DNA of 64,000 nucleotides from Cellulomonadaceae bacterium (GTDB lineage Bacteria > Actinomycetota > Actinomycetes > Actinomycetales > Microbacteriaceae): assembly GCA_038118225.1 (NCBI GenBank), contig JAYOHK010000004.1:4773-68772 (forward strand). Direction: 5' to 3'. The number at the start of each line of letters is the position of its first letter. Positions within the stretch are counted from its first letter, which is position 1. A model generated the notes under the pieces. That model did no database searches. It was not told the DNA's origin and saw nothing but the letters and a program-made list of their open reading frames with translations. The translations under genes were made by a program, and so were the position numbers. This document shows positions 36,371-46,272 of this stretch, one piece after another.

Positions 36371-37345
36371 ATGAACACAGGCCTCTCTGTTACTGGCGTA
36401 GCTGTGGCAGCACTTGTTGTGGCGGGCTGCCAGGGGCCAGTAAGCACCAGCGAGCCTGACGTCCCGACCATCGTGGCGACCACGACGGTTCTCGGAAGCG
36501 TGGTCGAAGACATCACCCAGTGCATTGGTGACGATGTGGTCCAGACAACCGTGTTGATGCCCATTGGCGCAGACCCCCACGATTTTGCCCCCTCCTCAGA
36601 ACAGATGGCCTTGATGAGCCGCTCTGGTCTGGTCGTGGCAAATGGTCTCGGCCTTGAGCAGGGACTGTTGGATCCTCTGGAGCAGATTGAAGCTGATGGC
36701 GGGCGGGTCTTTCATGTCGCCGAATGGGTCGATCCGTTGCTCTTTGCCGATGAAAGTCATGACGACGAGCACGATGATGACCATGCTGATGAGCCGGCGA
36801 TGGCCGACGAGCACGACCACGGAGACCTCGATCCCCACTTCTGGTTTGATATGTCCCGGATGGCAGACGTTGCCAGGCAGCTAGGGGTAGAGCTAGAAGC
36901 AGACTTTGGCGCTGATGCCCCCCGTTGTGGCGAAGTGGTCGCCGCACAGATCGAAGCCACTGATGCGGAAGTGGCCAACATTCTTCAGGCCATCCCCACT
37001 GAGCGAAGGCTCCTCGTTACTGACCACAAAGCCTTTAGCTACTTCGCAGAGCACTACGGCTTTGACATAGCTGGAGTTGTAATTCCCGGAGGATCGACCC
37101 TTGCAGAGCCCAGCTCACAAGAGCTTGCGGACCTCGTCTCCACGATTACTGCGCTTGAAGTGCCGGCAATGGTGAGTGATTACTTTGAACCCTCTGCCGT
37201 ATTGGAGTCGGTGGCCGAAGAAGCGGGAAACATCACGGTGATACCGCTCTATGTTGGATCCGTGGGGCAGCCCGACGGAGACGCCAGCGACTACGAGTCG
37301 ATGATGATCGCAAACGCCACCGTTTTGGCCATGGAACTCGGATAG
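36371..37345 (+). CDS. znuA: Zn/Mn ABC transporter substrate-binding lipoprotein
   Basis: Lipobox VVAGC, DPHDF, His/Asp-rich loop, DPHFW. Confidence 0.92.
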   Translation: MNTGLSVTGVAVAALVVAGCQGPVSTSEPDVPTIVATTTVLGSVVEDITQCIGDDVVQTTVLMPIGADPHDFAPSSEQMALMSRSGLVVANGLGLEQGLLDPLEQIEADGGRVFHVAEWVDPLLFADESHDDEHDDDHADEPAMADEHDHGDLDPHFWFDMSRMADVARQLGVELEADFGADAPRCGEVVAAQIEATDAEVANILQAIPTERRLLVTDHKAFSYFAEHYGFDIAGVVIPGGSTLAEPSSQELADLVSTITALEVPAMVSDYFEPSAVLESVAEEAGNITVIPLYVGSVGQPDGDASDYESMMIANATVLAMELG

Positions 37346-37354
37346 GGCGATGAC

Positions 37355-38194
37355 ATGGACTGGTTAATCGAGCCTTTTGCGCTTGGATTCCAGCAGCGCG
37401 CCCTGATCGGTGGAGCCCTCGCAGCGATCATGGCCTCCACCGTGGGAACCTGGCTGGTTCTTCGCGGAATGAGTTTCTTTGGCGACGCCTTCGTTCACGG
37501 AGTCGTCCCCGGTGTGGCCGCGGCCATCGTGCTCGGTCAGAGTCCGATGTTGGGTGCCGCGCTCGCGGCCGTGGTCATGGTCATCGCCATCGAGTGGGTG
37601 CAGCGTCGAACACCATTGGGTGTTGACACCTCTATTGGTTTGTTGTTTGTGGGCATGCTCGCTCTCGGTGTGGTGATTTTGTCGCGACTTGACTCGTATG
37701 CGGGTTCACTCACCAGCATTTTGTTCGGCGACGCCCTCGGAGTGTCCTGGAATGACATCACCAGCCAACTGGTTGTCCTGGCCATTGTGTTGGGGGCATC
37801 GCTGGTGTTGTACCGGCCATTGGTCGCGCTCAGTCTGAACAAGGACAAAGCCCAACTGCTTGGCATGAAGCCCTCGCGCACTCACATGGCACTTCTCGCC
37901 CTCATCGCACTGGCAATTATTGGCAGCTACCAATCCGTAGGAACCCTGTTGGTGTTGGGGCTGCTGATCGGCCCACCCGCAGTGGCCAGCTTGATGGTGC
38001 GCACCATTCCTAGGCTCATGATCACCGCGGCAATCATCGGCGTTCTCTCTGTCTGGGTAGGCCTCACCATTAGCTACTACCTCGGCACTGCGGGCTCGGC
38101 CACGATGGCGCTTGTCCCGGTGGTGTTGTTCTTTGTGGTGATGGCTGTTCGAGAAATCCCTAGCCTCGCCAAGAAGAGTGAGGTGGCCAAATGA
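37355..38194 (+). CDS. znuB: Zn ABC transporter permease
   Basis: GDAFVHGVVPG; multi-TM. Confidence 0.92.
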   Translation: MDWLIEPFALGFQQRALIGGALAAIMASTVGTWLVLRGMSFFGDAFVHGVVPGVAAAIVLGQSPMLGAALAAVVMVIAIEWVQRRTPLGVDTSIGLLFVGMLALGVVILSRLDSYAGSLTSILFGDALGVSWNDITSQLVVLAIVLGASLVLYRPLVALSLNKDKAQLLGMKPSRTHMALLALIALAIIGSYQSVGTLLVLGLLIGPPAVASLMVRTIPRLMITAAIIGVLSVWVGLTISYYLGTAGSATMALVPVVLFFVVMAVREIPSLAKKSEVAK

Positions 38195-39000
38195 CGGGAA
38201 TTAGCGCTCAAGGCCTTCGCGTATTCCGAGAGGGCCGCCAGGTTATCGCTGGCAGCGACTTCGATATCCCTGAAGGCTCCACTGCGGCAATCATTGGGCC
38301 AAATGGGAGTGGAAAGTCCAGCATTCTCCACGCCATCGCGGGAGTGTTGGAGATTGAAGGCCGCCTCGACGTGTGTGGGCAGGCTCCTGACAAGGCCTTA
38401 AAAAACATTGCCTACGTCTTGCAATACATGCCAATTACCCCCGGTGTTCCCCTCACCGTTCGAGAAGTTGTCCAAATGGGGCGGTACTCCACGCTGGGAC
38501 TTTTTGGACGCGCCACAGCAGCTGATCGGGAGCGAGTGTCCTGGGCGATGGACAAGCTCGCCATTTCAAACCTCGCCGATAAGAACATCGCCAATCTCTC
38601 TGGTGGTCAACGCCAGCGGGTCTTTGTCGCTCAAGCCCTCACCCAAGAACACACCATCTTGCTGTTGGATGAGCCGCTCACTGGGCTCGATGTGCCCTCC
38701 GCGAAGGTGATTGATCAGATCATCCACGATGAGCCAGATGATGGCTGCACGGTGGTGTTTACCACCCACGACCTAGATGAGGCACGCGCAGCGGATTACG
38801 TAATTTTGACGGCAGGACGAGTCGTGGCTGCGGGAAGCCCCGACGAAGTACTGACCCCAGAGCACCTCGCGGAAGCCTATGGATTAGGCGCGTTGCACCC
38901 GGCACACACGGGAGAGCACGGTGTCTTAGACGTGGCACACGAAGACCCCGAGATGAACGAGCCCATCTCGGTGCGCCAGATTCGAGGTGAACAGCTGTGA
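38191..39000 (+). CDS. znuC: Zn ABC transporter ATPase
   Basis: GPNGSGKS, LSGGQRQR, LLDEP. Confidence 0.92.
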   Translation: MTGISAQGLRVFREGRQVIAGSDFDIPEGSTAAIIGPNGSGKSSILHAIAGVLEIEGRLDVCGQAPDKALKNIAYVLQYMPITPGVPLTVREVVQMGRYSTLGLFGRATAADRERVSWAMDKLAISNLADKNIANLSGGQRQRVFVAQALTQEHTILLLDEPLTGLDVPSAKVIDQIIHDEPDDGCTVVFTTHDLDEARAADYVILTAGRVVAAGSPDEVLTPEHLAEAYGLGALHPAHTGEHGVLDVAHEDPEMNEPISVRQIRGEQL

Positions 39001-39389
39001 TTAGAAACACCAAACAGCGCGATGACGTGCGAGAGGCTCTCTCCCGCCAAGAGGGTTTCGTCAGCGCCCAAGAGCTTCACCAGCAACTCCACGCAGACGG
39101 GTCATCGGTGGGGCTTGCCACCGTCTACCGGGCTCTTTCGAGCCTGGTCGAAGCAGAAGAAGCAGATTCTCTTACTCGTGGAACCGAGACCGTCTATCGC
39201 GCCTGCCGACCTGGCCATCACCACCACTTGGTCTGTCGGGAATGTGGAATGGCGGTGGAGATCAGCGCCAAGCCGATCGAAGCATGGGCGAAAGACGTTG
39301 CCGAAGAGTATGGCTTTATCGAGCCAGAACACGTGGTGGACGTGTTTGGGGTGTGTGGACAGTGCCAGAAAACTCGAACTGGTAATTGA
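38997..39389 (+). CDS. zur: Zinc uptake regulator (Fur family)
   Basis: GLATVYR, HHHHLVCRECG, CGQC. Confidence 0.92.
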   Translation: MIRNTKQRDDVREALSRQEGFVSAQELHQQLHADGSSVGLATVYRALSSLVEAEEADSLTRGTETVYRACRPGHHHHLVCRECGMAVEISAKPIEAWAKDVAEEYGFIEPEHVVDVFGVCGQCQKTRTGN

Positions 39390-39545
39390 TCTGCCACTGC
39401 CCTACACTTGGGGACGTTGAGCGTTAATGCGCTTATCTTGTGCGTTCGTCCACAACCTCTCGATCTGAAGTCGTGAGCGCGCGTGCCGACAAGTGATCTT
39501 GGGTAGGCCCCGTTTCGGGTCTGCGGTAACTAGAAGGAGAAAACT

Positions 39546-39782
39546 ATGGCAGCAGTCTGCCAAGTGACCGGCGCCACCCCCGGCTTCGGACACAACATTT
39601 CGCACTCACACCGTCGCACCAAGCGCCGGTTTGATTTGAACATCCAGAAGAAGACCTATTTTGTGCCTTCGCTGAAGCGCAACGTCACGTTGACGGTTTC
39701 GGCTAAGGGAATCAAGGTTATTGACGCCCGTGGAATCGAATCAGTAGTTCGTGACCTGATGGCGAAGGGAGTGAAGCTCTAA
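39546..39782 (+). CDS. rpmB: 50S ribosomal protein L28 (zinc-free form)
   Basis: [20 protein letters not shown]; single Cys. Confidence 0.97.
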   Translation: MAAVCQVTGATPGFGHNISHSHRRTKRRFDLNIQKKTYFVPSLKRNVTLTVSAKGIKVIDARGIESVVRDLMAKGVKL

Positions 39783-39949
39783 TGGCTAAGGCTCAAGATG
39801 TTCGACCCATCATCAAGATGAAGTCGACGGCAGGAACCGGGTACACCTACGTCACCCGCAAGAACCGTCGTAACGACCCTGACCGTCTCGTGCTCAAGAA
39901 GTACGACCCCGTAGTGCGTAAGCACGTTGAATTCCGCGAGGAGCGATAA
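39782..39949 (+). CDS. rpmG: 50S ribosomal protein L33 (zinc-free form)
   Basis: Manual translation [55 protein letters not shown] (55 aa). Confidence 0.97.
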   Translation: MAKAQDVRPIIKMKSTAGTGYTYVTRKNRRNDPDRLVLKKYDPVVRKHVEFREER

Positions 39950-40255
39950 ATGGCTAAGAAATCAAAGATTGCTCGCAACGAGCAGCGCCGGGTCATCGTC
40001 GAGCGTTACGCCGAAAAGCGTATTGAGCTCAAGAAGGCACTGGTTGACCCCAACGGAACCGATGAGTCGCGCGAAGCAGCTCGTAAGGCTCTGCAGAAAC
40101 TGCCACGTAACGCGAGCCCTATCCGCCTGCGTAGCCGTGACATGATCGACGGTCGTCCCCGTGGTGTGCTGAGCAAATTCGGCATTTCTCGCGTGCGTTT
40201 CCGCGATATGGCACACCGAGGCGAATTGCCCGGAATTACGAAGTCCAGCTGGTAA
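39950..40255 (+). CDS. rpsN: 30S ribosomal protein S14 (long zinc-free form)
   Basis: [33 protein letters not shown]; no Cys. Confidence 0.97.
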   Translation: MAKKSKIARNEQRRVIVERYAEKRIELKKALVDPNGTDESREAARKALQKLPRNASPIRLRSRDMIDGRPRGVLSKFGISRVRFRDMAHRGELPGITKSSW

Positions 40256-40320
40256 TTTCCTACGTAGCTCGATGACATCGGGCTTTGTTAGCAAAAACAT
40301 AGTCCGAGGAGGACCATCAG

Positions 40321-40593
40321 ATGAACCGCTCCGAGCTCGTAGCAGCTGTAGCAGCAAAGACCGGCCACAGCCAGGCCGCCGTTAACGGTGTCGTTGACGC
40401 CATCTTCGACGTTGTCTCTAGCGAGATCGCTAAGGGTGTCAAGGTCACCATCCCAGGTTGGGTAGCTTTCGAGCGCACCAACCGTTCGGCACGTACCGGC
40501 CGTAACCCACAGACCGGTGCCACCATTCAGATCCCTGCAAGCAAGGGTGTGAAGGTGTCGGCTGGCTCCAAGCTGAAGGCTTCTGTTAAGTAG
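40321..40593 (+). CDS. hup: HU family DNA-binding protein
   Basis: MNRSELV, RSARTGRNPQTG. Confidence 0.96.
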   Translation: MNRSELVAAVAAKTGHSQAAVNGVVDAIFDVVSSEIAKGVKVTIPGWVAFERTNRSARTGRNPQTGATIQIPASKGVKVSAGSKLKASVK

Positions 40594-40611
40594 TCCTTAG
40601 CTAAACACTTC

Positions 40612-40656
40612 CAGAGGGGGCGTGATCCGCAAGGATCCGCCCCCTCTGAGGTTTTC
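40612..40656 (+). terminator. Intrinsic terminator after hup
   Basis: CAGAGGGGGCG..GATCC-GCAA-GGATC..CGCCCCCTCTG hairpin followed by AGGTTTT. Confidence 0.75.
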
Positions 40657-40675
40657 TGGGCACTACGCTGGTCTG

Positions 40676-41614
40676 ATGTCAGCACGCGGCCTGTTCCTCT
40701 TTCTCTTTGTAGGAGTCGTCTGGGGAACTCCTTACTTCTTTATTGCCCTCGCTTTGGAGGGCTTCTCGACGCCGAGCATCGTCTGGATTCGTGTCCTTAT
40801 TGGCACGCTCGTGTTGTTGCCCATTGCCATCTTCCGTAAGGCGCTGAAGCCTGCGCTTAAGGCGTGGCGATGGGTGTTGGCCTTTGCCGTGGGCGAGATG
40901 GTAATCCCGTGGGCACTGATTACTGAAGCCGAGCAATCTATTTCATCGAGCCTCGCGGGCCTGCTGATTACGACAGTCCCCTTTATTGCCGCTTTTGTGA
41001 TTGGCCTGATGGGTGATCGCTCTGCCTGGCACCCGATGACCGTTCTGGGCCTGGTCCTTGGATTCTCCGGTGTGGTTGCTCTGGTGGGCATTGACGCCTT
41101 CGCCGGCCACATTGCGCTGTTGCCAGTGATCATGATGATTGGCGCAGCCATTGGTTATGCCGTTGCGCCGATTGTGGCTGATCGAAAACTCCACGAGGTG
41201 CCGACCTTGGGTGTGATCACGCTGTCAATGGCCATGGTGGTGATCGTCTACACAATCCCCGCCCTTCGTGTGCTGCCAGGAGAGCTCCAGGCGCTGACGA
41301 GTGCGACTCCGCTTATTGCCGTGGGCTATCTGGGTCTGATCACCTCAGCGTTGGCCTTTATTTTCTTCTTCGCGTTGATTAAAGAAGTGGGACCGGGTCG
41401 TGCGACCTTGATCACCTACGTCAACGTGGTGGTGGCTTTCATCTTGGGTGTGATCTTCCTCAACGAGCCACTCACGACAGGTTTCATGGTCGGATTCCCA
41501 CTCATTGTGATCGGCAGTTACCTGGCCTCACAAAGCCGTGGCGTCTATGTCTCGAAGAAGAAGCGTGTGGTCACCGAAGCAACCGGGGAAATTGGTATCC
41601 CCGAACAGCTTTAG
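40676..41614 (+). CDS. DMT/EamA family transporter
   Basis: Ten-TM duplicated EamA pattern (VWG..R, FLNEPLT); ATG at 40676 chosen because the track start lies inside the terminator. Confidence 0.9.
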   Translation: MSARGLFLFLFVGVVWGTPYFFIALALEGFSTPSIVWIRVLIGTLVLLPIAIFRKALKPALKAWRWVLAFAVGEMVIPWALITEAEQSISSSLAGLLITTVPFIAAFVIGLMGDRSAWHPMTVLGLVLGFSGVVALVGIDAFAGHIALLPVIMMIGAAIGYAVAPIVADRKLHEVPTLGVITLSMAMVVIVYTIPALRVLPGELQALTSATPLIAVGYLGLITSALAFIFFFALIKEVGPGRATLITYVNVVVAFILGVIFLNEPLTTGFMVGFPLIVIGSYLASQSRGVYVSKKKRVVTEATGEIGIPEQL

Positions 41615-41970
41615 AACTCGTCGTCGGCGTCGACCCACAAGTCATCATCCGAGCGCAGGGTGCTCCAAATGGCGTAGCCAATAATCGCCACTGCAGCAGC
41701 ACCGATTGCCATGAGCACGCTTGCGCCAAACCCGGCACTTTCCTTTTGCGGAGCCTTACCGAGGCGAGTGAGAACGGGGTCTAGGCGGGATTCGACCTGG
41801 CGGCGGGCCTTGGGGTAGAGGTCATCGCGGCCAATGTCGCCGGCCTGGCGGCCTGCATCGCGGAGGAGATCACCGGCGCGAGAGAGTACGTCGCGTTGGC
41901 GGTGCCACAGCGTGGATGCTTCTTCTCCGAGGCGGGCGAGTTCGCGTTCGCGTCGACGTGATAGTTCCAT
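41611..41970 (-). CDS. Conserved hypothetical protein with C-terminal TM
   Basis: Helical N-terminus, TM, W.TLRSDDDLWV tail; GGAGG SD; divergent from ppiA. Confidence 0.75.
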   Translation of the reverse strand: MELSRRRERELARLGEEASTLWHRQRDVLSRAGDLLRDAGRQAGDIGRDDLYPKARRQVESRLDPVLTRLGKAPQKESAGFGASVLMAIGAAAVAIIGYAIWSTLRSDDDLWVDADDEF

Positions 41971-42072
41971 CAGAGACCTCCTGCAAGTAGGCCCTTAGTC
42001 TCCCAGAAAAACTTGTGAGTCGCCTCGGTAGGGCGACCTGGCCCTCAGGGTGGAACTGGCAGGATAGAGCCC

Positions 42073-42612
42073 ATGACTTTGCACACGCACACCGCAACCA
42101 TCCACACCAACCACGGCGACATCACTGTAGGGCTGTTTGAAAACCACGCCCCGAAGACCGTCAAAAACTTCATCGGCCTCGCCACCGGCGACATTGCCTG
42201 GACCCACCCGGGAACAGGTGACGAGATGACCACCCCGCTCTATTCCGACGTGGTGTTCCACCGCGTGATTCCAGGGTTCATGATTCAAGGCGGTGACCCT
42301 ATCGGCACCGGCACCGGCGGTCCTGGCTACAACTTCGACGACGAAATTCACCCTGAGCTGAGCTTCAATGAGCCATTCCTCCTCGCGATGGCAAACGCTG
42401 GAAAGCGCGGAGGCCAGGGAACTAACGGATCGCAATTCTTCATCACCACCGCACCGACTCCATGGCTGCTGGGTAACCACACCATCTTTGGTGTGGTCCT
42501 CGATGATGAGTCCAAGAAGGTTGTCCAGGCAATCGAGGCGACTCCCACAGGTGCAATGGACCGTCCCGTCCAAGACGCCATCATCCACAAGGTCACTGTT
42601 ACCGAGCTCTAG
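42073..42612 (+). CDS. ppiA: Cyclophilin-type peptidyl-prolyl isomerase
   Basis: FHRVIPGFMIQGGDP, TNGSQFFIT. Confidence 0.97.
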   Translation: MTLHTHTATIHTNHGDITVGLFENHAPKTVKNFIGLATGDIAWTHPGTGDEMTTPLYSDVVFHRVIPGFMIQGGDPIGTGTGGPGYNFDDEIHPELSFNEPFLLAMANAGKRGGQGTNGSQFFITTAPTPWLLGNHTIFGVVLDDESKKVVQAIEATPTGAMDRPVQDAIIHKVTVTEL

Positions 42613-43418
42613 TGGCTGAGTCCCACAGCGCAGACGACTACTGCTATCGCCACCCGAAAAGGGTGAGCTATGTGCTGTGTCAGCGCTGTGGGAACACCAT
42701 TTGTGGTGATTGCCAAATACCGGCCGCAGTAGGGGTTCATTGCTCGGACTGTGCGAAGGAAGCACGCAAGAACCAGCCCAAGATTCGCCGAACACAGCGA
42801 GACTCCGCTCCGGTGACGTTTGGCCTGCTCGGCGTAATGGCAGTGGTGTATCTCGGCCAGTTGGTAACAAGTGGCGCTTTGACCAACGCGCTGCTGTATT
42901 GGCCGCCGCTGACCGTGGTTGAGCCGTGGCGGATGCTCACAAGCTTGTTTGTGCACTCGGAGAGCTCGTTTTTCCACATCCTCTTTAACGGCTACTCGCT
43001 GTTTGTGCTGGGCACATTGCTCGAGCGTTTGCTCGGCTCATCCAGGTTCTTCTGGCTGTTTATGGTCTCAGGCCTAGGCGGTTCCACCGCCGTGTTGTGG
43101 CTCGCACCTGGTTCGGCCGTAGTGGGAGCCTCCGGCGCCATTTTTGGCCTCTTTGGGGCCCTCTTGGTGATCCAGCGAAGCTTTGGGGTGACAAACCCTC
43201 AGCTGATGATCGTGCTCGGTATCAACTTGGTGATGGGCTTCGTGGTGCCAGGAATTTCTTGGCAAGCACACGTGGGAGGCCTGTTAACCGGCCTCATGAT
43301 TGCCTGGGGATTGGTCAAAGCTCGTGAATCGCACCAAAAAGCGGGAACGGTGGGCATTTTCGCCCTGGTAATCGGCGTGATTGTCGTCGCGACGATCGCC
43401 CGATTCGTCCTCGCTTAG
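42612..43418 (+). CDS. Rhomboid intramembrane serine protease with N-terminal Cys/His Zn finger
   Basis: CYRHP..CQRC..CGDC; WR motif, GASG, HVGG. Confidence 0.94.
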   Translation: MAESHSADDYCYRHPKRVSYVLCQRCGNTICGDCQIPAAVGVHCSDCAKEARKNQPKIRRTQRDSAPVTFGLLGVMAVVYLGQLVTSGALTNALLYWPPLTVVEPWRMLTSLFVHSESSFFHILFNGYSLFVLGTLLERLLGSSRFFWLFMVSGLGGSTAVLWLAPGSAVVGASGAIFGLFGALLVIQRSFGVTNPQLMIVLGINLVMGFVVPGISWQAHVGGLLTGLMIAWGLVKARESHQKAGTVGIFALVIGVIVVATIARFVLA

Positions 43419-43473
43419 CGGAGAAAGTTATCCACACCCCATAAAACGATGGGGATAAATGACAGCGGTGTAA

Positions 43474-43707
43474 TTACTTCCAGCGGGTGGTCATCAAGAA
43501 TCCGGCGAACATCACGCCAAATCCCACGGCGATGTTCCAGGGGCCAAGAGGGGGAACAGGCCAGCCGGTACCCGAGATGTAGTAGGTGAGGATCCAGACC
43601 AGGCCAAGGATCATCAAACCGAACATAATCGGCTTGAACCACACAGGGTTCTTGTCGTCGTTGTCGAAGTCGACGTTGGATTGTGCTCCGCGTCCGCTAT
43701 TTGCCAT
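43474..43707 (-). CDS. crgA: Cell division protein CrgA
   Basis: NPVWFKPIMFGLM..WN..GF.MTTRWK; ATG at 43707. Confidence 0.95.
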   Translation of the reverse strand: MANSGRGAQSNVDFDNDDKNPVWFKPIMFGLMILGLVWILTYYISGTGWPVPPLGPWNIAVGFGVMFAGFLMTTRWK

Positions 43708-43783
43708 GCGGACAAGTTTAGAGCACCCAGGCTGTGCCGATATCGTTAAGGGGTTCCTAGCCCTTTTCGCATAGAAGAGCCCG

Positions 43784-44419
43784 ATGACCCACATTCTTGT
43801 TGTCGATAACTACGACAGCTTCGTTTACACCCTCAACGGGTACCTTCATCAGTTGGGGGCGACCACCGATGTGGTGCGAAACGACGACGTGGACGAGGCA
43901 GAGCTTCCCGAGCTGCTCGCACGCTACGACGGAGTCCTCCTCTCGCCAGGTCCTGGCTCACCCGATGAGGCGGGTGTCTCCATCCCGGTGGTGCACGAAG
44001 CACTTCGCCAAAATAAGCCACTGCTTGGAGTGTGCTTGGGCCACCAAGCGATCGCCGAAGCTCTGGGCGCAACAGTGTCGCACGCCGAAGAGCTCATGCA
44101 CGGCAAAACCTCTCAGGTCACCCACGACGACTCCACCCTGTTTAAGGGTGTGCCAGGAAACTTCCGCGCCACCAGGTATCACAGCCTCGCAGTGGTGGAT
44201 GGAACAGTCCCTGATGACCTCACGGTGACCGCTCGTACCGACGGCGGAGTGATTATGGGGCTGTGTCACAAGGAAGCACCCATGTATGGCGTCCAATTCC
44301 ACCCCGAATCAGTTGTCACTGAGGGTGGCTACACCATGATCGCCAACTGGCTCGAGCTCACAGGTCTCAGTGGAGCCGCCGAGGTTGCACGAGGACTAAG
44401 CCCCCGCGTGTCTGCCTAA
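43784..44419 (+). CDS. trpG: Anthranilate/aminodeoxychorismate synthase component II
   Basis: VDNYDSF, SPGPG, GVCLGHQ, QFHPES. Confidence 0.94.
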   Translation: MTHILVVDNYDSFVYTLNGYLHQLGATTDVVRNDDVDEAELPELLARYDGVLLSPGPGSPDEAGVSIPVVHEALRQNKPLLGVCLGHQAIAEALGATVSHAEELMHGKTSQVTHDDSTLFKGVPGNFRATRYHSLAVVDGTVPDDLTVTARTDGGVIMGLCHKEAPMYGVQFHPESVVTEGGYTMIANWLELTGLSGAAEVARGLSPRVSA

Positions 44420-44420
44420 G

Positions 44421-46211
44421 CTACTCCGCAGGAGTTTCAATCGGCTGCGCCGGGTCAATCGCGGCGCAGTAGCGAAGCACAATCTCTGAGCGCTGCGGGT
44501 TCTCACCAGGCGCCAAGGACTGGGCTTGGACGGTTTGGCCCAAGCAGGTGAGGTCTGGGTCAAGCCTCACGGTCAACTGAACCAAAGGTCCACTCAGCAG
44601 AGGGTTTGCCTCACCGATGCTCAGACCCGTGACGTCTGGCACCAGCACCATTCCATTTGAAATGGTCAAGGTAATCACATCACCAGCACCGGCCTTCTCA
44701 CCAGGGGCCGGGCTCATCGCCATGACTGTGCCCTCGGGGAGGCTTGGTGAATAGTCTGTTTCGGCAGGGCCCACGGTCAAGCCCGTTTGTTCAAGCTTTG
44801 TGGTGGCATCTTCCAGGGTTTGGTTGATCACGTCTGGAATCACAATTTGGCTGGCACCCGCGGAGACATAAACGCGCACGCGCTCGCCGGGTGCCACGCG
44901 GACACCGGTTCCTGGTTCTGTGCGAATGACGAAACCTTCGTCAAACTCGCCGCTCACCTCTTCAATCACCATGGTTTCTAACCCCAAGGCGTCAATGGTG
45001 TTTCTGGCGACTTCCTCCGACTGGCCAACGAGGTCAGGCACCATGGGCGCACTCGCGGTCGACACGGTGGTTGGGTTCAGGGTAAACAGCCAAATGGTGA
45101 TCGCGACCAACATCGACACAGCCAACACCGATCCAAGCGCAATGGCGAGGCGAGGAACGCTGCGCTCCTGCACACCCGAGCCCACTAACGGGAGGGCGAA
45201 TTCGACAGCGGGCTCTTCGCTCGATTCCCACTTGGGCTGGGGGATGTTTGCGGTCACCACGGGGGGTTCTACCGGTGGGCGCTGAGTCAACAGCGTTGCC
45301 TTCGGTCGCTCTATCGGCTCGTCCTCAACCGTTCCAGGCTCGGGCAGAGCGAGGAGAGCGTCTCTCACCTCAGTTGCTGACTGGAAGCGCTGGGCGGGGT
45401 CTTTTTCCATCAAGCGGTGGACGATCCGGGCAGTACCCGACGAGATTTTTGCGTTCTGGAGTCGCACCGGTGGCACTTCATCGTTGATGTGCTGGTAGGC
45501 CACTGCCACGGCAGAGTCAGCGGTGAAAGGCGGACGTCCCGCGAGCATCTCGTAGAGCATGACGCCGAGCGAATACAGGTCCGAGCGGGCATCAGCGTCT
45601 TCGCCTTGGGCTTGTTCGGGAGAAATGTAGAGCGCGGTACCAAGAATGGATGTTGCCTCGGCCGCATTTTGGGTGGCATCGGCAATTGCGCGGGCAATAC
45701 CGAAGTCCATCACCTTCACACCACCGTTTTTGGTGAGCATCACGTTGGCGGGCTTAATGTCGCGGTGAATAATTCCGGCCTGGTGGGATACCTCGAGGGC
45801 GTTGAGAACACCATCGGCAATTCCCAAGGCCGCAGCTTCGTCCAAAATGCCGCGGTGAATGATGTCAGAGAGCAAGCGGCCATCCACGTGTTCCATCACG
45901 ATGTAGGGCGTGGTGGAACCGGTGGGGGTCTCAACGTCGTCGGCGTCTAACTCGTCGCCTGCGTCAAAGACCCGAACGATTGTGGGGTGGGCCATCTTGG
46001 ACGCAGCCATTGCTTCGTTGCGGAAGCGCGTGCGTGAAGAAGGGTCACTGGAGAGTGTGGACTTCAAGACTTTGATAGCCACATCACGGCCCAAACGACC
46101 GTCTAGTCCGCGATAGACATCAGCCATACCTCCACGGCCAATGAGTTCTTGAACTTCGTAGCGACCGTTGAGGAGGCGACCGGTCCACGGACCCCGTGTC
46201 GGGTTACTCAC
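44421..46211 (-). CDS. pknB: PASTA-domain Ser/Thr kinase PknB
   Basis: GRGGMA, HRDIKPAN, DFGIARA, TM, about three PASTA repeats. Confidence 0.95.
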   Translation of the reverse strand: MSNPTRGPWTGRLLNGRYEVQELIGRGGMADVYRGLDGRLGRDVAIKVLKSTLSSDPSSRTRFRNEAMAASKMAHPTIVRVFDAGDELDADDVETPTGSTTPYIVMEHVDGRLLSDIIHRGILDEAAALGIADGVLNALEVSHQAGIIHRDIKPANVMLTKNGGVKVMDFGIARAIADATQNAAEATSILGTALYISPEQAQGEDADARSDLYSLGVMLYEMLAGRPPFTADSAVAVAYQHINDEVPPVRLQNAKISSGTARIVHRLMEKDPAQRFQSATEVRDALLALPEPGTVEDEPIERPKATLLTQRPPVEPPVVTANIPQPKWESSEEPAVEFALPLVGSGVQERSVPRLAIALGSVLAVSMLVAITIWLFTLNPTTVSTASAPMVPDLVGQSEEVARNTIDALGLETMVIEEVSGEFDEGFVIRTEPGTGVRVAPGERVRVYVSAGASQIVIPDVINQTLEDATTKLEQTGLTVGPAETDYSPSLPEGTVMAMSPAPGEKAGAGDVITLTISNGMVLVPDVTGLSIGEANPLLSGPLVQLTVRLDPDLTCLGQTVQAQSLAPGENPQRSEIVLRYCAAIDPAQPIETPAE

Positions 46212-46272
46212 GTCGACTTTCTCCTCGCTTCGCCGGCCACCCAGAGATGACCAGGCGTGCTCGCCATTCTAC

